Shown here one piece after another: positions 42,382 through 54,519 of a DNA stretch of 64,000 nucleotides (positions within the stretch are counted from its first letter, which is position 1; every line of letters starts with the position of its first letter). The DNA comes from Octopus bimaculoides. Taxonomy: Eukaryota. Under the pieces are notes generated by a model that searched no databases, was not told the DNA's origin, and worked only from the letters and a program-made list of their open reading frames with translations. The stretch lies in contig NC_068990.1 of assembly GCF_001194135.2 (NCBI RefSeq), positions 84,932,416 through 84,996,415 of the forward strand. The letters run 5' to 3'. A program made the position numbers and the translations under genes.

Positions 42382-45300
42382 GCACACATATGCATATGAA
42401 GATAAAGGCAGGTATACCAAATACCATACAAAATAAATTCTTGATTTATTAAAATTATCGCCGCCTCTAGAGCATGTATCATAATTACTAAATGCCAATT
42501 AAAACCAGTTCTACTCGATAAGCAGAGATGATCTCAAAGCTCAAGTTTTCTCCAAAATTGACGTGCAATTAACAAAAGGACGGGTTTATTGTCTGGAAAC
42601 AGGGCAGTAATGAAGAGGTGTTCCTAGCTCAAAAGTCGTCATGAGTACGACAATTGTTCAGCTTCATTTCCAGTTGCCAAGGGACCCCACCACACACACA
42701 CACACACACAAACAATGACGATATTTTCCCGTAGACCGAGAAAGACGGTTCAGCAATTTCTTGTTGAGTAACCAACACAAATGAATTGTTTATAATGATC
42801 AGTTGTTTGTGCAATACAATAGTCGTTTCAGTTTTTTCAAATCGACGTTGCTTGAACGAGTAAACGGTGTACCACACATCAGGTGTCTAAGTGAACGCCG
42901 CAGAGCAACGTGACATGACGTGTTTTGCTGAAGAACACAACGAGTCACTCGGTCCAAGAATTGAAATCACAATCTCGCGATCGTGACTACAACGCCCTAA
43001 CTACTAGACCGTGCGCTCTCGACACACATCCACACACACACACACACACATTTCTATATATTGGACTGTTCAATAATACGACAGTGACCTATGGTCATAA
43101 ATCCCAGTTGGGATTCTTTCGAAATAATAAAGCATTGGGAAACATATGTAGCGGTGAGAGATGACGTGTGGAGGTTTGGAGGTTTTTCTTATCGGTGTCT
43201 GCGAGAATGTGTGTAAGTACATAATAGAGTGTATGTCTGTGAATGTACATATTTGTGTGTGTGTGTGTGTGTGTGAGTGTTTAGATATGCGTGCGTGTGT
43301 GCGTGTGTGTGCACCTTTGAGTTTATTGATGTAGCAAATGCGAGATGAACTGGAACCAGATTCTAAAGAAAGTCAGGTTTGAAATATGTCTTTTCTTAAG
43401 AGCGCGGTCAGTACGTTTGTAAATGTGTGTACATGCATGAATGCATGCGTGTGAGTGCATGTGTGTGTGAGAGTGTTAGTATGCGTTCGTTTTCTGGCGT
43501 TATTTTCCGGTGAGATCAAATCGTAGGAATAAGCTGTAGAATTTAAAGTCAACGTGTACCAGTGGAATGTTAGTTATGTCTCTAGCATTTAATATCGGCG
43601 TTGAAGTTCTCAAAGGTGGGGGCCATGGTCAATGTTCAACGAAGTTTTTTCTTATTCTGGGTGTGAGCAAAAATTCTTATTTTCTTTTTGTCCTTCTTTG
43701 CAAAATACATGCGCATCCATGCGAATAACGATGGCTCAAATTTCTTTATTTAACAAAAATTTGATTTCATCTTGAAAAGCTTGTGTACGTACTTAGTTTT
43801 CTGGCGCTGCTTGTAAAATGTGTGCGTGCAGTGATGTGCACAACTTAGACGAGACACTAGATATGGTAGGCGTTGGCAACTAAGTATGTGTGTGCATATG
43901 TATGTGGAATATATTTGAGCTTGGCAGGTGTAGCAATTGTTTTAGGCAAGACAGACTTATAGTTTTCGTTTACCCAATGCACTTACAGAGCTTTGGTCCG
44001 CCCCAGGCTATAATAGAAAATGCCCAAAGTGCAACGCAGTGGGACTGAACCTGGAACCAAGGGGTTGCGAAGCAAACTTCTTACCACACAGCCACGCCGA
44101 GAGAGAGAGAGAGAGAGAGAGAGTGAGAGAGAGAGAGAGGTTAATTATCTCTCAAGTTATCTTATGACACATTTATAGCTTCCTTGTTGAATCTGAAGCA
44201 GAGAGTTTGCCTCACGACTAAAGTTTCCGGCAACTGCGACCGTCAGGCGAAAACTGTTACACCTCGAATTGGGTGTGTATCTATATCCTTTCATGTAAGT
44301 GAGTGGTCTAGNNNNNNNNNNNNNNNNNNNNNNNNNNNNNNNNNNNNNNNNNNNNNNNNNNNNNNNNNNNNNNNNNNNNNNNNNNNNNNNNNNNNNNNNN
44401 NNNNNNNNNNNNNNNNNNNNNNNNNNNNNNNNNNNNNNNNNNNNNNNNNNNNNNNNNNNNNNNNNNNNNNNNNNNNNNNNNNNNNNNNNNNNNNNNNNNN
44501 NNNNNNNNNNNNNNNNNNNNNNNNNNNNNNNNNNNNNNNNNNNNNNNNNNNNNNNNNNNNNNNNNNNNNNNNNNNNNNNNNNNNNNNNNNNNNNNNNNNN
44601 NNNNNNNNNNNNNNNNNNNNNNNNNNNNNNNNNNNNNNNNNNNNNNNNNNNNNNNNNNNNNNNNNNNNNNNNNNNNNNNNNNNNNNNNNNNNNNNNNNNN
44701 NNNNNNNNNNNNNNNNNNNNNNNNNNNNNNNNNNNNNNNNNNNNNNNNNNNNNNNNNNNNNNNNNNNNNNNNNNNNNNNNNNNNNNNNNNNNNNNNNNNN
44801 NNNNNNNNNNNNNNNNNNNNNNNNNNNNNNNNNNNNNNNNNNNNNNNNNNNNNNNNNNNNNNNNNNNNNNNNNNNNNNNNNNNNNNNNNNNNNNNNNNNN
44901 NNNNNNNNNNNNNNNNNNNNNNNNNNNNNNNNNNNNNNNNTATATATATATATATATATTCTATAGTAAGTTGTCTTTCAAGGGAAACGACATATTTGCA
45001 CAAGCACTAAGAAATTTAACGATTACTAAGACCCCAGAAAATACAAGTCTTTACAGGGAAAGTAACTCTAGCGACATCAACAACAACGATACAGTTTGAA
45101 AACGTCGCTGTTATCTCCCCTCACAACATCACATGGTCACTCAAAAAAACAACTACGATGACAAAATGAATAGCAGTAGCAGTCAAACTACACTCCACGT
45201 CACGTTAATAATCTTGAATGACATACCCACTCAGTAACACCAGGTAAATGCCCTCATCAGACATTTCTTGAAAATCAACTACAAAAATATAAAAAAAGAG

Positions 45301-47594
45301 ACCTGAAAGAGGAACACAAAACATACCTTCTGCTTAGGCCACCATTTTGACCTCCTCCATCCATCAGATATTCACAAAGCAATAAAGAAATCTAAAAAGT
45401 AAAAAAACTCAGGGCTAGACAATATCGCTAACGTACACTTAAAAATACCAACGACCTGAAGGAGACAAAGCACTCACTAACATCAATAAGTATTTGTACC
45501 AATTCTGTTAAATTCTTAGAATCATGGACAAAATCAAAATTCAACAAAAATCCAAATAAAGTTATTTCAAGATACAGAAATAAATTTATTTCTCAAACGC
45601 GTGATAATGCGATAAATAGCGTGATCAGCATAAATTATCCATACATTGCAGAAAAATACGTTACCGGCTAGCCATGAGACTCGAACTCACATCTCTGTGA
45701 TTACGCGTCAAGTGTTTTACCATTAAACTAAACTGCCCAGCAACGAATTCTTCCGTGTCACACTCATCACTCCATATGCACCATGAAATACAAAAAAAGG
45801 CTAAGCCTTGACATCACCAATCCGCATATACCTCCAGTTCATAACACGGATTCAAGTCATTACATGCAATCACCAACCACACGCTTGCCACAAACTCAAC
45901 ACAGAAAAAAAAATGTTTTATTCTAAAAATTTTCTGCACATACCATTGTAATTACCATTAACAAAGCTTTCAGCTTTAATTCCCGTTTGTCACCTGTACA
46001 GCACTTCAAGGAAAAACAAAACAAGAAAACACGCGCAAAAATACAAACAAAAGCAACATAAAACAAAGACAAAACACAAAATGCAAGTTAGTAAACTTCC
46101 TGTCAGACAGTCAAACCCATAATGTGCACAAGAATAACATTTCCAGAAGCTGCAATTCTCCGAGTAGAATACAATAATTATTCGTCCTTTCACCCATTCT
46201 TTTCAGCCTATACACACACGACCTTGTCACATCTTAGCAAAACATACAGATAACCGCATGTGCAGTTGATATCACACACACCTGTTCACCATTCTCCAGA
46301 CACTGCTGCACAACTATTCCAGTCCTACTTAAATAATGTCGCCATGAAAAAATCAGACTTGCGCTTATCAAATCTACCGTATCCTTTCTTACCAGCGACA
46401 CCAGAGAACATCACATGCAATCAACCGTGATAATCATTATATCACATACACAGAAAGCAAAAAAATTATTAGGAGTTACAATTCTACAGCATTCACAACA
46501 CATATATAAAATATATTAAAAGATGCAAAATGATACAAAAAGGAAAAAAAAGACACATTCACGGCAATTACATACCACATTTGGCCAACCGTTAAAACAA
46601 ACTACAGTGGAAGACAAACAATAAATTAGATTCTCCATGGATTACAATTGTCCTACCTGGATTCCCAATTCCACGACAACTATCCATAATTAACTACATA
46701 GCAGCGCAGGGCGTGTCATAACACATTGTGCATGAGTCACACTGAACAAAACGAAAGAAGAAAAATGGAAGACCATCTGGACGTGAAAGGTATACTTTGT
46801 TATCACAGCAAGTTTCAATTCCCATAGTCCCTATCACTACATGGAAAAACTACTCCCAGACTTTGGAACACGTATATAGCACTCCAGAACGTTATTACAG
46901 CAACATCATTAAATCTCTCCCTCTCAGTTTGGACAAGCATAAGAAACACATATACACAGAAACAGTCCAAACATGGTCAAGAAACACATGACCAAGAATA
47001 AGTGCAGAAGAATAGTAAGTGTCATGCTCTGACCTCGCTGGGTACCACTAGAATCTACAGGCGTACAGAAAGAGATTGAATATTGGAGAGAATGCAACAT
47101 GTCCAGACAGCCACACCTCACTCTATGCAATTTATCATCGTATCCCACATTGCGTAGCGTGGTCCTTACGAGGATGGATTTGTTGGTCGCATCTCGTCGT
47201 TGAGACGATTACCTGCATAGAGCTTGCCGGGGGTTAAATAATTCTGCACCACCCACCATCCCACTGTCACTACCACCAACAACAGTGAAAACGAAACAAA
47301 GAAAACATGATAGCTTACCAAATGTCGACCGGTAAGAAGTTGACTACGAGACGGTGTACAAGTCGGCTGCACATAGTAATTATCCAGTTTAATACCATTG
47401 TTTGCCAGTTTGTTCAAATTAGGTGATATAATATCTGGGTTGTGATAACCAATGTCGTCCCAGCCCAAATCGTCGACAAGTACAAATACAATATTCGGTT
47501 TCACTGGGCGTTTGTAGTACTTTCTTCTCGAGTAACTGGAGCATAGCCAGACGTGACAGAGAAAAACGGCCAGCGTAAAGACAACACCATTCAG
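21060..47594 (-). CDS. ARSB: Arylsulfatase B-like sulfatase (ARSB/ARSI/ARSJ family), multi-exon gene span
   Basis: 8 GT-AG exons total 1518 nt in one frame. Motifs: [28 protein letters not shown] (formylglycine site), [36 protein letters not shown] and a C-terminal WGPWM*. Family is secure; exact orthology is not. Confidence 0.93.
21807..21890 (-). ncRNA. Extended type I hammerhead ribozyme in the last sulfatase intron
   Basis: CUGAUGA (21862-21856), stem II CCU/AGG with an ACUG loop, GAAAC-ACUU-GUC, and a long stem I closed by the perfect 11-bp helix CUGGAGAUAAG/CUUAUCUCCAG. Confidence 0.75.
22466..22617 (-). CDS. ARSB: Sulfatase exon ([15 protein letters not shown]...[15 protein letters not shown])
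   Basis: ttcttacag| ... |gtaagc, phase 2-1. Confidence 0.93.
22870..23335 (+). mobile_element. Two tandem GGCGGCGAGCTGGCAGA-family SINE copies
   Basis: Head, core and tail repeated twice; similar tandem pair at 19870-20290. Confidence 0.8.
23724..23967 (-). CDS. ARSB: Sulfatase exon (DNGGS...[21 protein letters not shown]...HISDWFPT...GYDQWKSI)
   Basis: ttccaacag| ... |gtttgt, phase 1-2. Confidence 0.96.
25256..25351 (-). CDS. ARSB: Sulfatase exon ([32 protein letters not shown])
   Basis: aatctgtag| ... |gttata, phase 1-1; too short for the ORF track. Confidence 0.92.
26320..26437 (-). CDS. ARSB: Sulfatase exon ([18 protein letters not shown]...RRRLA)
   Basis: catttcag| ... |gtcagt, phase 0-1. 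Confidence 0.93.
26993..27201. mobile_element. Tc1/mariner MITE
   Basis: TIRs CAGGGTGTCCACAAGGTCTGGGTACATGGAG / CTCCATGTACCCAGACTTTGTGGACACCCTG, TA on both sides, internal ~85-bp direct duplication. Confidence 0.9.
27868..28046 (-). CDS. ARSB: Sulfatase exon ([12 protein letters not shown]...GYDLWNNT...[21 protein letters not shown])
   Basis: tatctcaag| ... |gtaatt, phase 1-0. Confidence 0.93.
28322..28523 (+). mobile_element. Young-looking GGCGGCGAGCTGGCAGA tRNA-SINE in a sulfatase intron
   Basis: Retains many CpGs; A and B boxes, core and the 'TTGTGGGCAGTAAAGAAATAAG' tail. Confidence 0.88.
29571..29960 (+). mobile_element. Mariner-family transposon 5' remnant (left TIR and N-terminal HTH pseudo-ORF)
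   Basis: CAAGGTGCGTTCAAAAAGTATC end; 29776+ reads [17 protein letters not shown]...[17 protein letters not shown], the typical mariner N-terminus. Confidence 0.8.
29985..30220 (+). mobile_element. Tc1/mariner (DD37D/maT-like) transposase C-terminal fragment
   Basis: [41 protein letters not shown]; SPxxNPLD third-Asp motif. Confidence 0.8.
30451..30637 (-). CDS. ARSB: Sulfatase exon (IHMGFQH...GKWHQGHY...RGFDSFY)
   Basis: cttttccag| ... |gtaaat, phase 0-1. Confidence 0.95.
30720..31180. repeat. Degenerate (CAT)n/(GCT)n/(ACT)n/(ACA)n trinucleotide low-complexity tract
   Basis: Read directly from the sequence; explains the spurious ORF 30710-31054. Confidence 0.85.
33207..33507 (-). mobile_element. 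3' end of the same DD37D-like Tc1/mariner family, with right TIR
   Basis: Minus strand ...[21 protein letters not shown]...[21 protein letters not shown], then TIR ...TATTCACCGCACCCCG|TA. Confidence 0.85.
33509..33880 (+). mobile_element. 3' end of an R4/Dong-like (restriction-endonuclease-type) non-LTR retrotransposon
   Basis: [49 protein letters not shown], then a CCCTAGGTCT 3' UTR and (GAT)n tail. Confidence 0.75.
39241..39333 (+). ncRNA. Degenerate type I hammerhead (A14>G), probable Penelope terminus
   Basis: AAAUUUUGC-CUGAUGA-U-GGUGGA...UCUACC-GAGAC-AACU-GUC-GCAAAUUUU; stems I, II and III all pair. Confidence 0.6.
39504..39934 (+). mobile_element. Full-length tRNA-SINE with central microsatellite
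   Basis: Same family as 5448-5820, with complete head to ...ACTGAAACAAG(T)AAAAGAG tail. Confidence 0.88.
45050..47250 (+). mobile_element. Heavily decayed LINE (I/Jockey-like) ORF2, antisense in the long sulfatase intron
   Basis: [27 protein letters not shown] (pre-RT motif) at ~45360-45445, KKLLGVTI (RT C-terminal motif) at ~46460, Cys/His remnant near 47095. Confidence 0.55.
47319..47594 (-). CDS. ARSB: Sulfatase exon: signal-like hydrophobic stretch plus [20 protein letters not shown]...[14 protein letters not shown]
   Basis: Long pyrimidine tract ...ttcttttctag|CTG AAT; donor |gtaagc; 276 nt, phase 0-0. The ORF-track 'M' at 47504 is a GTG (Val). Confidence 0.92.
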
Positions 47595-48043
47595 CTAGAA
47601 AAGAAGAAATGAAAAGAGAAAGAAATGAATAGTTTGCGTTCAAAATAAAATTATGCGGTGTTAATAATTTCTACCCCAACTTTTTATTCTTTAAATGTCT
47701 GTTTATTTTTTTAATGCAATGTCTACACGCATTTTCTCTCATACACGCAACTTTTAAAAATATATATTAGTAATAAAGCTAGGTGGAGGCGCAATGGCCC
47801 AGTGGTTAGGGCAACGGACTTGTATCTTTTGCTAAACCGTTAAGCTACGAGGACTTAGACAAATCAATTCCGGTTACCGAGCAGTATGAGCAGGAACAAA
47901 CACAGATAGAAAAGCACACACACACACAAACTTATAAGCGACTGGTTTCCACATGGTTTCCGTCTACCAAAAGTTGAAGACGCTCAAAGTACAGCGCAGT
48001 GGAACTGAACCCAAAACAACGTGGTTGCAAAGCTAGCTTCTAT

Positions 48044-48078
<35 letters not shown>

Positions 48079-50123
48079 GTTATTTAAAAAAGAGAAGTTT
48101 AATTGAATGGTTATATGAAAGAGAATTTCAAAAGTCCGGTCGAAACCAATGACAAAGAAACTGTTTACTGAAATTCTCTTTCATATAATCGATCAATATC
48201 TGCATTTGGACTTCAATTTTTAAAATAAATTCTCCGTTGAATCCTAAACTGATTTTCAAATGAAGTTAAATTTAACTTTATATTTCGTATCGATTCTTCG
48301 ACGGAATTTTACACATTTTGCACAGCGTACACTTTTTCGCAAAAGTTAACATAATTTTGTAATAAATTACTCATTGTTGTTATTGTTGTTGCTTAACTCT
48401 AGGTTACATTTACGATGAAGGATATTTTAGTCATGTACATCTCGTCTTTTTATATTGATATGATGGATCTTGGACTACTTTATACAAACGTGTCGAAGGT
48501 GTGTTGTTTAAGATGGTGGGGCATGCTTGAGGGCGAATTGGGTACCTATTTCAAACAAGTCGAATAACATAAACAGTTTCCTCAATGACTTAAGTGAGAC
48601 ACGATTTCCTTCTTAATGGTTGGTTTAAACCATTTGGAGTTATTTATGTTGCTCCACAACTGGGAAAGGTATTGACGTCTTACTGGTAGTGTTACCTCGT
48701 CTTTTATTTCATTAGGGTCCCTAAGGAAGTGCAGCACTCATGGGCCTTTTCTAGACCTTCGAGGCGGTTAGCTATAAGTGAAGAAGCAATCTTCAGACCG
48801 AAGACCTTGCTTAAATGCTTACAATAAATTAGCCCAGTTAAAGTCACTCGCGGACCAGGTGGTACTATTAATGCAGATGAGATATTAAGTCTATATCTTA
48901 AGAAAGGACTTTGCTATAATCACGTCTAAATGCCAGAGTTTCGATACGAACCGTCGAACTGCCAGTTCGGCTTCATCTCAACTAAGCTGCAACTCTTCAG
49001 TCATTTTTTATGTTTGTTCGCAGGTGGTCGCTGAACGAACAAACCTTGATATAAAGTTTTCTAGCTAAGATCATCCTGTTCTTTTTTTTTTTGTAGAATA
49101 AATTATCCAATGTGCCATTCCATTTTAAAGACAGTAGGATGTAATTTGAAGGAGATTTGATTGCTATTTCTAGAAGGTTGAGCAGCCACATAGAAGTCCC
49201 TTCGTTGGGTCGCTGCAACTTTTCACGTTTCTCCTGTATGCTGAAATAACTGTTTGCGACTTCGTTTACCTTGTATGGTAGACATAAAACAAAAAAAAGA
49301 AACACGATAAAAAGACGACTATACATTTTTTTCTTTTGCATTAAGAACGTTTTTCTGATCGAAATCAAACTAGTATGAAATCCTAAAAAAAAAAAATTTT
49401 TTTTAAATGAAAAAATAAAAAATCAAAGAAAGGTAACGAATGAAAAAAATTCTTCAAAAGGTCAGAATACAATACTGTAACATTTACATTCTCGCTATTC
49501 GTCTGAGGTATTTCGAGAAAATTGATTATAAAAGTCGAAACTTCTTTTGGCTGCTTTCTTTATATCACAAGAAGAAAATTTTGTTGTTGTTGTAGTTGTT
49601 GTTAGCAATATGCTATGTATGCCTGTCTTTCTCAACACAGAAAGACAGACACACAGGCATTCACACATCTCTTCTTCTTCTTCAGTCTTTAATTTCCTGT
49701 TTACTATTTATACGTGCATCAGTCTGGCTTTGCAGACAAACACTCGCAAATAACATTATAGAATTCCTGCAGGAATTAATGGAATTGGTGATAATCACGA
49801 CCACGACAACGGCAACGACAACAACAACAACAACAATAACAACGGTAACTATAAATTAACCGTAAAAACAAAATAACAATACCAAGAACTACAACTACAA
49901 CAACAACATTTCTGTTATTGTCAATAGAACAGCGATTATTTCTTTTATTTCTTTTAACGGGGATTTACCAAAGAGACAAATCTTAATCATTGCTATTATT
50001 TCTTAATTTTCTTTACTCCCCCCCCCCGTCTTTCTCAGCATGATGTCTGCATCTACTCTTATAATAATCCTTTCTACTATAGGCACAAAGCCTGAAATTT
50101 TTGGGGGAGGGGGGGGTCTAGTC

Positions 50124-50163
<40 letters not shown>

Positions 50164-52351
50164 GTGATGATGATTTTATATTTTGACACGAGGCCAGCAA
50201 GTTCAGGAGGTGGGGGGGGGGTTAATCGATTACTTATTTTATCGACACCGAAAGGATGAAAGGTAAAGTCGACCTCGGCGGAATTTGAACTCAAAGGCAG
50301 ACGAAATGCCGCTTAGCACTTTTAGCTCGCTGCCTTAGTAGTAGTAGTAGTAGTAGTAGTAGTAGCAGTAGTAGTTGTAGTAATCTGCTAATTTTATTTA
50401 ATGTCTAATGGTGGATTGATTGACGTCACTTGCACTAACGTCATCATTTTTCAGCAAAAATGTTTTTTTTTTCTTTCTCAAATGATCATATAAGGCTTAA
50501 ACATCAGTTAAGCGGAAGCTAAGAGAAGAATGAAATAACATTATTGCACAGGAGGGTTAAATTTTTATAAACGTTGAATTAGTTTAATGATTAAAAAGAA
50601 GAGACAAAGAAGAGATACAAAAATTCTTTCTCCAGATATCCTTAGGAATTGATCGGTTTTCCAAGGTTTTTTTTTTTTTTGGAAGCGTCTCTGCAATATA
50701 GAATCCCTCTCCTCCGCCACCCCCCTCTCTCTATCCCCTCACTAATCGATGGGATTTGAACTTAGAACGAAAAGGGAAAGATCTAAGACATTTAAATCAG
50801 GCATTCTACCGTTTCGGACCAAGTCTAACTGTTTTGCGTGTCGCATATTATTAGTCTCTTTGCGTAGATATGGTTGTGTGGTTAATGGTTCGCTTCTGAA
50901 CTTCGTGGTTTTGGATTCGATCCCAAAGCACGGCACCTCTGGCCAACAAAAACCTTGTTAGTGAAATGTGATGAAAGGAAACTGTGCGACAGGCGATTGA
51001 AAAAGGCGGTTCCTTTGTTGGGTATTAGACTTAATCGTGGCCCTTGGGTGAGTGGAGTCTACTCAATTACAAGCTTTTAGGTCAAATTTCCGGTTGTAAG
51101 CATAACACTTTCCCAGCAATCTTAGAGGCCCTGAGAAATGTCATGGGGACTGCTCTTCCCCTCTAAGTCATTAAAAAAAGAAAGAAACTAAATCCTGTGA
51201 TTTTGTTGTCGCAGTGTAAACAGGTTGTGTCCATTAATAACATTTTTTACTCACCTTTACAAAACATTCTCTGTTTAAAGCAAAGTGCTTTGTATACCCA
51301 AAACTTTAGAAAAGTCCTTAAATGAATAACTGCTGAAAATTCTTGACATACTGTATAATTAACTCTCCTTGCTATGCTTTGTGTATTTTGAAGATATACA
51401 ATATAGTTGTCAATGCATTTGAAATAACTCTACTCCCAAAGTTTTTAATCCTGAGAATCGAATCTCTGCTGTCACCTCATTAATTCACTGCTGTTTCCCG
51501 ACATTATCTTAGCATAATGTGAGCTCATACTTTTAAGAAATTCACAAAAGGAACTTTCGTTACATATTCATCGCATCCGTTACTAACAGACAAGTGAGTG
51601 TATATAAACTTTTAAATCTGAATGACATTATTGTCAACGAGAATATTGGGTTGCTTGGTTTGTATTTATTTATAGCTTGTTACCAACAAGGGCAATTTAA
51701 AACAGATAAATGGTCTGGATAAAAAGACAGAAAGATAAGATATATATACATATTCAGCATATGTCATGTGAAGAGGCACAGTTTGTTGCTCCAGTAACCT
51801 TTAACCCCTACAGTCCCTGTCTATACATGTACAACCATAATCGTCTCAAGCACGTAGACAAGTCTATAAACACTACACGACACCATTATAATACCATATG
51901 TACAAGCCAATAAAAGTAACTTTACGAGGTCGCTGGATCTATTAGAAATAACAGTCAGATCGAACTCAACTACACCCTGCTCTCTTAGCAAAGGGTGCGT
52001 TGTATTATACCTATCTATGTAAATAAGACGGGATAGTCACAACCGGAATGTCTTTGATTAAAGATCTGCTTAATTAGGGCCAATTTGGTGCTGAGCATCA
52101 GACCTACGGCCAGAAGTTTGGGTACTGGAGGAAATTAGTCGATTTAATCGACCTCAGTTTTTGACTGGTATGTTATATCTATAAAAATGGCTGGCACACT
52201 CTAAAACATTGTGACACAGGTCTGCTTCAGGAAGGCTGAATAAGAGTTAAACAACAACAAAACATATTGAAGGTGAGTGATCTTAGTGACTGAAACGACC
52301 TCCGAGTTTTATGAGTCCCGTCTATATTCCCTGCATTGATGATTGTATGTT

Positions 52352-52730
52352 GAGGCGCAATGGCCCAGTGGTTAGGGAAGCGGACTCGCGGTCATAGGAT
52401 CGCGGTTTCGATTCCCAGACCGGGCGTTGTGAGTGTTTATTGAGCGAAAACACCTAAAGCTCCACGAGGTTCCGGCAGGGTATGGTGGCGAACCCTGCTG
52501 TACTCTTCCACCACAACTTTCTCTCACTCTTACTTCCTGTTTCTGTTGTGCCTGTAATTCAAAGGGTCAGCCTTGTCACACTGTGTCATGCTGAATATCT
52601 CCGAGAACTACGTTAAGAGTACACGTGTCTGTGGAGTGCTCAGCCACTTGCACGTTAATTTCACGAGCAGGCTGTTCCGTTGATCGGATCAACTGGAACC
52701 CTCGACGTCGTAAGCGACGGAGTGCCAACG
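52352..52730 (+). mobile_element. tRNA(Arg)-like headed SINE, full length
   Basis: GGCGCAATGGCCCAGTGG...GGTTTCGATTCC head followed by ~330 nt of non-tRNA body; head-only copy at 47785. Confidence 0.8.
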
Positions 52731-54519
52731 ATGATTGTATAGATCTTGAGATGGTTGGATGAAAAGTAAATATGATCCAAAAGGACAAACTCAGAATTGC
52801 AGAGAAACATCTGTTGCTCGGCATGTAGTTTGGCATTTAAAGGTTTCTTCCTTCTTACCGCCATATATACCACCATCAACATCAACATATTTTCATAAAG
52901 GACTAGATGCAAATGTGTAGTCATTTAAATTAAAATCAGCGTATTAAGTTAATGTTTTTTAGATTATTAACGTCGGAGAGATTAAAGCTTCGAGTGGATG
53001 CCATTGGTGATATTTGAACTTAGGATGCTTAAAGATGTAACTCAATGCCGCCATCTTGTATTAAAGCATTTTACGGTCGAAAATTTAATTAGATCTAGAA
53101 GGAATTTTTTTGTTTGGTTATTAGCAACAGTACATCAAAAAATTAGTGCTATCAGAAAAATTGGTTTAGATATGAGCTACTATTTACTAGTATTAGCTAG
53201 TATGATGGACTTATGCACAAAAATTTATTCAGTAAATCATTTTTTATATGAAATATTTCCAGTAAAATGTTATTTTATTTCTTTTGATTTTCGTTGTTGT
53301 TGTGAAACTCTCTTTGTGAAAATATGCACAATTTTTTTTTTATCACAGTAAAACAGGGCAGCGAACTTGCAGAATGGTTACCGTCACGGGCAACAAAAAT
53401 TGCTCAGTAGGATTTCTTCCAACTTTATGCTCCGAGTTCAAATATCGCCAGAGTGGACTATTCCTTAAATTCCTTCGAGTCGATGAAATAAGTATCAGTT
53501 AAGCTCTTGGGTCGATGTAATCGACTTCCATCCTCCCACAAAATTGCTGGTCTTAAACTTAAAAGAAGGAAAAATATAGAAAGCAACCAAGACACAACAA
53601 AATTGATGGGGCTATGGCCTGGGTGTAACAGGAATTAAACATACCAACACCGGTTGTCAAGTGATGGTGTGTGTGTGTGTGTGTGTGTGTGTATTTGAGA
53701 GTTTGTGCGTGTGTGCGGTCACTATTTTTTTTTTACTTCAATTGATATACAGATATCGCAACTAGTTTGAAATTTTGTATGTGAATCGCAATATCTACGC
53801 TCTGTCTGTTTGTCTGTCTGTGTGTCTGTCTCTCTCTCTGTTTGTGCATGCTCGCAAAGTGATAAAAATGAATACAGTAACGTATACACATAGCATGGTT
53901 CTTTACAGTCTTTCTAACAGGTCACCGTTGTTTATAGTAACAGACGTATTGGCAACAAATAAATATAACGAAAAGAAAAATATCATAAAGGAAGCAGAAC
54001 GAACGCTAAGTGGCGCTCGTACTTTCACACAAACATACGCTCACCGGCGTAGACACAGATAATTAAGCGAGCAAATTCCTAAACTAATGAGACTAACAAA
54101 CCACCCAGTCGTTGAAGGAACATTCTTAGACACTTGAAGTGTTCATGCTGTTATCTAGGGCAAGTGGGTTCACATCAGTTTATCTCAGGCCGAACTAAAG
54201 CGAGTTTTTGAAATCGCCCCTGTGTCAGCTGAGGAAACACTTTGTCAACTTCGCAGTGACCTCACTCTGTATTGAAGAAGTAGGTTTTTATCAGAGACTG
54301 GAAGATAGCAACAGAAATATTGATTTCATGAATTCCCGCGTTGCCATACGAATCGGAATTCTATTACTTACCTTATATTTATTTTATCGATCCAACAGAA
54401 ATAGAAAGCAAAGCAAAACAAACCGGATCACCCCGCCCCCGCCATCACACCACCTCGTCTTCCTGCTCTTCTTTCTTCTTCAACCCCAGGTCAGCCCTAG
54501 TCGATCAAGCTTCTGATTA

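Noticed and set aside
48925-48985. Minus-strand GAGATGA-hairpin-GAAAC
   Set aside because: The core is mutated at C3/U4 and there is no convincing stem I or III; too weak to call.
52352-52425. tRNA-Arg-like sequence
   Set aside because: The acceptor and T stems do not close properly and it runs straight into a SINE body, so it is a SINE head and not a tRNA gene. The same holds for the other tRNA-like heads.
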